This document shows, piece by piece, positions 18,939 through 26,709 of a DNA stretch of 64,000 nucleotides. Both the position numbers and the translations under genes were made by a program. Position 1 is the stretch's first letter. The number at the start of each line of letters is the position of its first letter. Origin of the DNA: Candidatus Latescibacterota bacterium (GTDB taxonomy: Bacteria > Latescibacterota > UBA2968 > UBA8231); NCBI GenBank assembly GCA_965217585.1, contig OZ244561.1, positions 4,480,001 through 4,544,000 on the forward strand, in the 5' to 3' direction. The notes under the pieces were generated by a model. It worked only from the letters and a program-made list of their open reading frames with translations, was not told where the DNA came from and ran no database searches.

Positions 18939-20933
18939 TCATACGCTACTGTTATCTGGCTCTATTTCGCCGATGATCCGGTCGCCGTCGATGTCGACGC
19001 CGAGTAGTTCTTCGAGGTGCCACACGAGCCTTTGTTTGGATGTGAAGAAACGGTAGCCGCGTTCACCTAGGTATGCCTCGATCTCGGAGTCTGCGGAAAG
19101 CAGCAGCGCGACGGGTTCTGTGCGGCCTGGCTGGATACCTTGTGGCCATGCTATGTCTGCGACGACGAGCACTTCGCCGGTCTCGTCGTCGCAAATCTCA
19201 CAATGCGGTTCCGGTGCTGCGATGCTGAGATTGTCCGCAAGCGAAAGGACTGAGACGATGTCTTGGTCATCTTCATCGTCAAGGGACTGCGGCTGGTCGG
19301 AAGCCGCTGTGGGGGGTGGGGGGGTCGCAGGGGATACAGCGACGCGGGAGTGTGGAATCTGGCGACCGGCCCCTAGCGTGTCGAGCAGTTCGTTGGCTGA
19401 CGCGGCCAACAGGGTGCGCCGGGAGGCGAGAAAATCCAAGTATCGATCGATGGACCACAGCGCCTCGTCATCGGGTATCCATTGGGACTTGAGCACTCCT
19501 GGGTTACTCACCTCGGCCTCAGCGAGGTATACAGCCGGGTCTTCGTCGCTGATTTCTAGGTTGGATTTCGCCGTCAGTAAGCAGAAGTTGGCCAAGGCAT
19601 TGACCTGAGAGCGGTCGTAGCCATAGTCATAGAGCCGTTTCTTAGGGAAGATGTGGTGCACATGGAGTTTGCTGCGGTCCCCTAACATGCCGTGTGACAG
19701 GCGAATACCGTTGAGGATGTCCTGGGCTCCGTTGACTCGGGTCAATATGTAGAGCAGCGGATAGAAGCGCGCACCGATACTAGAACTGTCGAAATCATCG
19801 GGCCGTACCTCCAGGCTGCCGCGCCACTGGGCTATTTCGGCGATCAGGCCGTCTATGCCAGCTCTCTCCATGGCGTCGAGGTCTCGTTGGATGCGAGTTT
19901 CGGTCGAGCCGCTATAGCGGCCCCATAGGAAGCTGTGTACATACCAAAAAAGAATGCGTTGCTGGGCGTGGAGGTCGTCGATGGAGCCGCCGCTGTCGGA
20001 GACGAGCCGTGCCAACGTGGCAAAGGCGTAGGGTCCCGCTAGGACTCGGCTATGGTCAATGCCGAGGCGGTCTCCCAGCAGGTTCAGCAGGAAGTCGATG
20101 CTGTGCGCCGTGTTTTTCAGCGCTGCTGAGAACTCCAAGACAGATACGCCGCGCAACGCACTGAAGGAAGCCTGATTGGTCGCGACCGTCGTAGCACATC
20201 GCAGCAGCAACTCCTGTCTGAACGAGAAACCGGCTTGGGCCCAAACGTCCACCAGACGGCGCAACTCGTTGCGCGTCTGGGGCGAGTCGGCACATAGGCG
20301 AGCGAGGGCGAGATCTGCGGTGGAGAGTGTGGTTCCGCCGGAGTTGACCCGATTGAAGATCTCCACCACCTCGTCAACGGTTCGGCCGTCGCCGGTAATC
20401 TCTTCAATGTGGAGATCTATGTCGCCGATGCTACGTAGGTTCATGAGACGGGTCTGGTATTCGAGCAGGATCTCACGGTCGTCGGTGTAGTCTGCCACAT
20501 TCCTCACTACATCCGTCAGATTCGACTGGAAGAGATTGGTGACGGAGACCCATAGCGGATCGTCACGCATCTTGACAGGCCCATAGAACTCGAAAGTTTC
20601 GCTGCGGACATCGAAGTACAAGTCGGTGAAGGCTCCCGCGTTGCCTTGGAAGAACTCGGGCGGCTGGCCCCGCATTACCCCATACAGGGAGGTGGCCCGC
20701 TGCTGGCCGTCCAATAGCAGTTTGACTGCGGCGGCAGACTCAGACAAGCCGCCGCGTACCGTTTCTGGGTCGGGTCGGGTTGTCCACACTAGAAACCCTC
20801 CGACGGGATAGCGGCGATAGAGAGAGTCGAAGAAGCTACGGACGTCCTCGCGTCCCCACACATAGCCGCGCTGGAACTCCGGCAGAGCGAACTGCTCAAG
20901 CTCAATGTTGCTGAGAATGGCTGATATCTGCAT
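18939..20933 (-). CDS. GmrSD-like type IV restriction protein (DUF262 plus HNH/DUF1524-like domain, with C-terminal extension)
   Basis: LPEFQRGYVW, LLDGQQR, IFNRVNSGG; HVHHIFPK...NALANFCLL. Confidence 0.8.
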   Translation of the reverse strand: MQISAILSNIELEQFALPEFQRGYVWGREDVRSFFDSLYRRYPVGGFLVWTTRPDPETVRGGLSESAAAVKLLLDGQQRATSLYGVMRGQPPEFFQGNAGAFTDLYFDVRSETFEFYGPVKMRDDPLWVSVTNLFQSNLTDVVRNVADYTDDREILLEYQTRLMNLRSIGDIDLHIEEITGDGRTVDEVVEIFNRVNSGGTTLSTADLALARLCADSPQTRNELRRLVDVWAQAGFSFRQELLLRCATTVATNQASFSALRGVSVLEFSAALKNTAHSIDFLLNLLGDRLGIDHSRVLAGPYAFATLARLVSDSGGSIDDLHAQQRILFWYVHSFLWGRYSGSTETRIQRDLDAMERAGIDGLIAEIAQWRGSLEVRPDDFDSSSIGARFYPLLYILTRVNGAQDILNGIRLSHGMLGDRSKLHVHHIFPKKRLYDYGYDRSQVNALANFCLLTAKSNLEISDEDPAVYLAEAEVSNPGVLKSQWIPDDEALWSIDRYLDFLASRRTLLAASANELLDTLGAGRQIPHSRVAVSPATPPPPTAASDQPQSLDDEDDQDIVSVLSLADNLSIAAPEPHCEICDDETGEVLVVADIAWPQGIQPGRTEPVALLLSADSEIEAYLGERGYRFFTSKQRLVWHLEELLGVDIDGDRIIGEIEPDNSSV

Positions 20934-21097
20934 ACCTGCTCCTCTACATGGATAAAGAAAGTGCGGTTATAGGAATAGATCGCATCTCTGGTGCATGTGC
21001 CCGCCTTCATCGGCGAATGCATTACCGTCCGTCCCCCACGAGCCCCTCGACTGGCGGAGGCTCTTCACGGCATGTATGACACCCACAACTAGCCGAT

Positions 21098-22381
21098 TCA
21101 AGCGCACATGTCAGAATCTGGCACCGGCAGAGACCACAGACCCGGATCTGCGTCGATCAATTGCTGGACCGCTTGTGCCTTTTTCAGGCTGCCCGCCGCG
21201 ACGAGCGTCCACAGCCTGTACAGGTCTGTCGCCAAGACATGGACGGCCCCGATATTCGAGGCGGCTTCGCCTACATTGTTGCTAAGGGCAGGCCGAGACG
21301 ATGGGTCTATGATCCGGTGCGTGTTGGCGATCCACAGCGTTAGATCGGGAGCGCTGCCTTCCTCACCGATGTAACGCTCGCGGTACTCTCGGATCTGGCG
21401 GGCGTCGTTAGTTCTGGTGCCTTTAGTGTAGCCCTTGACTTCGGCGATGGCCTCCCATTCGGGACGGTCGACGAGCGTGAGGCGCAGATCTTCGCGCTTT
21501 GGTTTTCCCTGCTTCTGCTCAGCGTCCATGTGGCGCACGACGAACCCGAGTTCCTCAAGAATGTCCCCGACGGACGTGACTAGATCGTCGCCGTCAGCCC
21601 AGATACATCGTCGTATCCCAGCATCGGCTTTCTCACTCGCGGTAGCTAGTTCGCCCTGGGTTTGTTCCTGCTCGGCTTTGAGTTGCTCAACTTCGTCTGC
21701 GATCTTCTCGATCCGCTCCGCCAGCGCTCTCTCTTCTGGGGTGTACCAGTCCGATGGATTCCCTAAGCGGGGCGGGGCCTGTGGAACTCTGTCCGGATCG
21801 AGCTTGTGGATGTCGGCGAGGAAGGCCCGGAACCACGCCGAGAGGCTGACCTTTCTCGGAAGCGCTAGAGCGATGGCATCCCTGCCCTCGGATGCTTCCG
21901 CGTCATTCGTGAAGACGTATCGCATAGCGACCGGCCAGCCCGACGTCGTCTCGACTAGGTTGCTTACGCTGTTCTTTAGGAATTGCTGGAAACAGAGCAT
22001 CGGGGGCGGATCTTCGGCGCGGCCCAACTGTCTGGCCAAATTTGTAGCGAGAGGCCTGTACCACTCTGGGCAAGCCTTGGGAACTCGCATCTCGCGCTCG
22101 GTGTTGCTTTGTATCCACAGGGGACGCTTGCTAGACTTGGCATGTCCTATCCAAGTGACATTCGAAGGCTCGATCGTTAGTACATTTCCTCTGACAGTGA
22201 CGGAATTACAGCCGTCTCCCAAGATGGTTATGTCTGTCTCAGTCCAGTTGTAGTTATCGAGGTATCCCCCCAATGAGTCTGCTGTCCTCAGGGTTCCGCA
22301 TAGCGGTTTTATCGACTTGATCTGAGGTTCGTCTAGCCCGATAGCGGCGACCCTTGGCCGTGTGGTCGTGTTCTGCGTCAT
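21098..22381 (-). CDS. Hypothetical protein with coiled coil and C-terminal PD-(D/E)XK-like nuclease domain
   Basis: LEELGF...REDLRL...IAEVKG...RQI pattern. Confidence 0.6.
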   Translation of the reverse strand: MTQNTTTRPRVAAIGLDEPQIKSIKPLCGTLRTADSLGGYLDNYNWTETDITILGDGCNSVTVRGNVLTIEPSNVTWIGHAKSSKRPLWIQSNTEREMRVPKACPEWYRPLATNLARQLGRAEDPPPMLCFQQFLKNSVSNLVETTSGWPVAMRYVFTNDAEASEGRDAIALALPRKVSLSAWFRAFLADIHKLDPDRVPQAPPRLGNPSDWYTPEERALAERIEKIADEVEQLKAEQEQTQGELATASEKADAGIRRCIWADGDDLVTSVGDILEELGFVVRHMDAEQKQGKPKREDLRLTLVDRPEWEAIAEVKGYTKGTRTNDARQIREYRERYIGEEGSAPDLTLWIANTHRIIDPSSRPALSNNVGEAASNIGAVHVLATDLYRLWTLVAAGSLKKAQAVQQLIDADPGLWSLPVPDSDMCA

Positions 22382-22439
22382 GCACTATCCCCGGTGTTTT
22401 AACCTGTCGATGTTTCCTATCCCAAGCTTCTTACGGCAA

Positions 22440-23159
22440 TTAGCTTCCAAGCTGCGCCGCAAGGTCGTGGAAATCTTGCGCAATTATGTCAAAGTCTCCG
22501 TCTTGCGCTGTGTCTGCCTCGCCTTCCGGTCCCCATTCAAGAGGACGTGGAATGAAGGCCGTTCTGAATCCAACGGCTCTAGCCCCCTCTAAGTCGTGGC
22601 GATGCGCCGCGACCATCAGGATTGAAGGCGGCTCCAAATCGAGAAGATGCGCCGCCGTCTCGTACACTTCTCTGTCCGGCTTGTAATGCCGCGCAAGCTC
22701 TGCTGACAAGATACAGTCCCACGGAATACCGGCGTGCTTCGCCATGTTGGTCAGTAACGACACGTTGCCATTGGAAAGCGCCGCAACGATGTATTTGGAC
22801 TTCAACCGCAACATACCGCCGACCACATCGGGCCACGGATCCAGTCGGTGCCAAACGCGATTGAAATAACTTCGCTCGTCCTCGGACAACGCAGGAATCG
22901 AGAAGTCTTCCAGAATGTCATCGAGAATCATTCTGTGCAGCGCGTCTATTTTCGTCCAAGGCAATTCGCCGCGCCGCACGCGCCCCATAGCGGGTTCATA
23001 GCCGCTGCGCCAAGCCGTGGCAAAGCGCGCCCAGTCCACGTTAATCCCCTTATCGGAGCCTAATCGTTCACCTTCCCGCACAATGGTAGAGTACCAGTCG
23101 GTGACCGTGCCAAAGACATCGACAGTCAGCGCCTTAATAGATGTTTTCCAGGATTCCAT
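22440..23159 (-). CDS. Haloacid dehalogenase type II
   Basis: DVFGTVTDW, LSNGN, YKPD, MVAAHRHDL. Confidence 0.9.
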   Translation of the reverse strand: MESWKTSIKALTVDVFGTVTDWYSTIVREGERLGSDKGINVDWARFATAWRSGYEPAMGRVRRGELPWTKIDALHRMILDDILEDFSIPALSEDERSYFNRVWHRLDPWPDVVGGMLRLKSKYIVAALSNGNVSLLTNMAKHAGIPWDCILSAELARHYKPDREVYETAAHLLDLEPPSILMVAAHRHDLEGARAVGFRTAFIPRPLEWGPEGEADTAQDGDFDIIAQDFHDLAAQLGS

Positions 23160-23395
23160 TCTTTTAGTCGTTTCAAAGCTAGCGCGACGCGCTTGGTGAA
23201 CTGTCGGGCTTTGCGCAGTTCGCGCAGGGTCATCTCCTCGGCAATGAGCTCTATCGCCCGATCCTCAACTTTGCGTCGCCGAGCGGGATCAAGCGTCGCA
23301 ATCTTGTCTTCCACGTTCAAAGCCATCATTAATCTCTTTCCTTCGCGAGCCAAGCCAAGTGCCGGTCGAACCGCTCCGTCGGCGATGACTGATAA
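23126..23395 (-). pseudogene. Degraded RelE/HigB-type toxin tail plus truncated XRE antitoxin
   Basis: Frameshifted IAD/ERFDRHLAWLAKERD* coupled by TAATG to MMALNVEDKIATLDPARRRKVEDRAIELIAEEMTLRELRKARQFT, which breaks before the HTH. Confidence 0.6.
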
Positions 23396-23424
23396 ACTCG
23401 GCCGGCCGGGAAATATAGATTTTT

Positions 23425-24258
23425 CTATTCCTGGATCGTCTGGACAATGCGGAATCCGAGGTTGTTGTTACGAAAATATGTGGCGTACCAGAAGCGGTTG
23501 GCCGAGCGGACGTAACTCGGCTTGCCGTACCAGGAGCCGCCGCGTATCGCACGACGAACACAATCTCCTTGCTCCCAAGCCTGCCCGTCGCTCGGTGCGC
23601 CAGCGTAACTGACATGCCAGCAGTCCTGCACCCATTCCCGGACATTCCCGGACATGTCGAATAAGCCCAACTCATTCGCTTGCTTTTGCCCTACTGGATG
23701 CGTCCTATTGTCGGTGTTCTCGTAGTACCAAGCGACCGCGGCCCAGTCGTTACTCCCCGCATACTGGAACCCCTGGCTTTGCTGCCCGCCCCGTGAGGCA
23801 TATTCCCACTCCGCTTCGCTCGGCAGTCGATACTGTCCTCCTCCCACATTTAGTTTGTCCAGAAACGCCTGGATGTCATCCCAACTGACTGTTTCAACCG
23901 GACACTGAGGGCAATCCCCAAACGCACTCGGGTTTTCACCCATTACCGCTTCCCACAGTTCCTGAGTCACCTCATACTTGCCAATCTCGAAGCTGCCGAT
24001 TTGCACGCGGTGCGTCGGCTTTTCGTCGTCACCACAATTCTCTTGTTCGGGCGTACACCCCATGGTGAACGACCCGCCCTCGACGCGCACCATCTGCGCG
24101 TTCACCATCCGCAGTGCCTTTTGCCGGTCTCCGCCCTCCATGGCCTTAGTCTCCTTGTCGGCGAGCGTATCGGGCGGCAGATCTTCCGCCATGGCCGGGC
24201 CGGATAGGAAAAGGATGGGTAGGAAAGTCAGGATTGTCTTCATTGGTATTGACTCCAT
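23425..24258 (-). CDS. Exported FGE/SUMF1-fold protein (probably non-catalytic)
   Basis: GGSFTMG, KYEVTQ, RLPSEAEWEYA, DMSGNVREW, RGGSW...GFR; signal peptide; lacks the FGE catalytic Cys pair after RGGS. Confidence 0.85.
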   Translation of the reverse strand: MESIPMKTILTFLPILFLSGPAMAEDLPPDTLADKETKAMEGGDRQKALRMVNAQMVRVEGGSFTMGCTPEQENCGDDEKPTHRVQIGSFEIGKYEVTQELWEAVMGENPSAFGDCPQCPVETVSWDDIQAFLDKLNVGGGQYRLPSEAEWEYASRGGQQSQGFQYAGSNDWAAVAWYYENTDNRTHPVGQKQANELGLFDMSGNVREWVQDCWHVSYAGAPSDGQAWEQGDCVRRAIRGGSWYGKPSYVRSANRFWYATYFRNNNLGFRIVQTIQE

Positions 24259-24263
24259 TGTTG

Positions 24264-26462
24264 TTATTGCTCCGCTCCCGATTCAGTTTGGAGACGCCCG
24301 GCGAGGAGGTATCGATACAGCTTGAGAGTAAGCCGCTCTTCGTTCTGCTCCAGCCAGCCCCGGGCGGCTGGCGTCAGCACCATCGTTCGGCAGGGCCTGT
24401 CCGCGACCACAGAGGCCGCTTGCTCGTCTAACGCGCTCGCTGGCCATATCGCATCGCCAGGGCCGCACTGAAAAAGGCGAGTGCCCGCCGAATCGTACCC
24501 GGAAGCCCGGCCAGAGAGCAGCAGTTGCAGACCGTCCTGTGGAGCGTCCTGTCCCACGAGGGCCTCGTCGGTGGAGTACTCGCGGGGCTTCAGCCAGTGC
24601 CGAAGTTCCTCCACCAATTCCTCGAAGTGAATTTGCCGTTCCAAGTAGCGCTCGAGGTCATCGGCGGTGTGCTCCAGCAGCGAGGCGCGCCGCTCGTCTG
24701 CCCTGTCCACGTCCGCCTTCCACCCCGCAATGACGATTTCCTCGCAGTGCTCAAGGGCGCGGTCCACATCCGGCTCCATCAGCAACTCGGCATATACGGC
24801 AGGCGGCAGGTTGTGCTCAAGCCCGGCCCTCAACCCCTCGGACAATGCGCTCAAAACTACCCGCACGCCGGCCGCGTTCGCCGTCTGCAGAAACCTGCTC
24901 AGGACGTTCACTGCCGAGAAGTCGAAGCCGGAAACGGCGGCAAAGTCTAGCAACAGGCAGAGGGGACGCGAAGCGCCGCTCAGAGACTGCCTGAGATGAT
25001 CGGCGAGGGGGGACACACTGCCAAAAAAGATGTAGCCGCGCAGCCGGTATACCTGCACCCGCTCTCCCTCCTTCAGCAGGATGGCGCGATCGGGGACGGG
25101 CCGGGTCTTGTTGCTCTCGCGCTCGCGCGCGGTGAATTGCGATTCGATCGGATCCACACGGCTGAGGCGCACGGCGAAGAACACGAGGGTGGCGAGCATC
25201 CCGACGCCCACGCCCTCAATCATTCCAAAGGAGGTGATCGCAATGAAGATCAGCAGAATGATGCCGTACTCCGACCAAGGGAGCCGCCTGCGACTTGTCA
25301 CAAGACCTTGGTCCAGCATGCCGAAACCGGCAAAGACCAGGATGCCTCCTACGAGCGGCGCCGGGACGAGTTCTAGCATCCCGTCGCCGAGGAACAATGC
25401 GCCCCCGATGACAAGGGCGGCGACTACCCCGGTCAATCTTGTTGTGGCCCCGAACAGCTTGCTGCGCAGGGACGCCGGCACGACAAGGGTCGCTACCGTG
25501 CCGCCGCCCAAACCAGCGATCATGCTCGCGACTCCTGTTACCCGGAACTCCCGGTCCCAGTCCAACTCCTGATTCGCAGCCAACTCAAGGCCGGCGAAAT
25601 TCATGATCACGCTGATAAAAGCGACCAGAATCAGCGTCAGCATGTGGGGGACCTGAGCGGCCATCGCGGCCCATTCGACATGCAGCAGGTCGGCAGGAAG
25701 CAGGGCCGGCCACAGGCTCCCATCCGCCGTGCTCGTCAGTAGCAGGCCCTCCGCCCTAGCCTCTGCACCCGAAATGCCGAGGGCGGCGAGCGCGAGATGA
25801 TACCCACCACCAGCAAGTGCGACGCTTACCAGCAGGATCAGCGGGTTGCCCCAGCGTTTCATCGCGAGGTACAGGGCGATCCCATACACCGCGCCCGGGC
25901 TCCACTTCCACAAAACGGGAGGCTCCAGCAGTGCGGGAATCGCCCGCCAATCCGGTTTGGCTCCCATCAGCGACATGGCTGCCAGGCACACGGCTCCCCC
26001 AATTCCAGCTACGAATCCACCCGTCACCGGATAGGGAATGAAACGCATCAGATTGGCGAGTCGGAAGTGTCCGATCATGAGACAGCACACGCCAGTGGCC
26101 ACTGCGCTGATGATGAGCGCGCTCGCCGTGGTGACGAACAGCGCGTCGCCTGCGGCATCCATCGTGGAGCCGATCGTGGCCATCACGATCACCAGCGCGG
26201 GAGATAGCCCCGCAATCGCTCCTCGGTAGCTGCCCGCGAGAGCGATGACTAGGCACGCCGCAAAGTTTCCGAACAGCACTAGGCCGACGCCCTGGGAGGA
26301 ATAGGGAGCCAACGGTCCCGAGAATATGAAGCTCCCGAAGGCAACTTGGGCGACGAGCAGACCTAGGCCCGAGGTGAAGCCGGCTGACAGCGCTGGAACG
26401 GCCTTTGCGGACAGGAGGTCGGCGCGAAGTTCGGACGTAAGATTTTGGAGTAAGGATCTCAC
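24264..26462 (-). CDS. SulP-family anion transporter with STAS and degenerate cNMP-binding domains
   Basis: RFIPYPVTGGF, LRGYIFFGS, LDFAAVSGFDFSA; C-terminal CNBD-like region. Confidence 0.88.
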   Translation of the reverse strand: MRSLLQNLTSELRADLLSAKAVPALSAGFTSGLGLLVAQVAFGSFIFSGPLAPYSSQGVGLVLFGNFAACLVIALAGSYRGAIAGLSPALVIVMATIGSTMDAAGDALFVTTASALIISAVATGVCCLMIGHFRLANLMRFIPYPVTGGFVAGIGGAVCLAAMSLMGAKPDWRAIPALLEPPVLWKWSPGAVYGIALYLAMKRWGNPLILLVSVALAGGGYHLALAALGISGAEARAEGLLLTSTADGSLWPALLPADLLHVEWAAMAAQVPHMLTLILVAFISVIMNFAGLELAANQELDWDREFRVTGVASMIAGLGGGTVATLVVPASLRSKLFGATTRLTGVVAALVIGGALFLGDGMLELVPAPLVGGILVFAGFGMLDQGLVTSRRRLPWSEYGIILLIFIAITSFGMIEGVGVGMLATLVFFAVRLSRVDPIESQFTARERESNKTRPVPDRAILLKEGERVQVYRLRGYIFFGSVSPLADHLRQSLSGASRPLCLLLDFAAVSGFDFSAVNVLSRFLQTANAAGVRVVLSALSEGLRAGLEHNLPPAVYAELLMEPDVDRALEHCEEIVIAGWKADVDRADERRASLLEHTADDLERYLERQIHFEELVEELRHWLKPREYSTDEALVGQDAPQDGLQLLLSGRASGYDSAGTRLFQCGPGDAIWPASALDEQAASVVADRPCRTMVLTPAARGWLEQNEERLTLKLYRYLLAGRLQTESGAEQ

Positions 26463-26709
26463 TTTGCTAGGTCGGAGAAACTGATTTGATGCACCGCGAT
26501 TACCTCCCCTTTTTGTTTTTTTATAGTAATCAGGTGCCGTTAAAGAAAAAGCTTGTCAGGATTAGTAAAATAAAGACCCTTTTTTAGATTCTCTGTCAAG
26601 GCGATGGACTGTTCGCACAGTCGTCCTGCCTTGCCCCAGTCCAACGGCTTAGCTATTCTCATCTCCTCCCCGCTCGTCTTCGCCATACACTGCTTCAGGA
26701 AATTGGGCC

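Noticed and set aside
23425-23560. FGE/C-lectin C-terminus as a diversity-generating retroelement variable region
   Set aside because: No template repeat and no reverse transcriptase seen in the window
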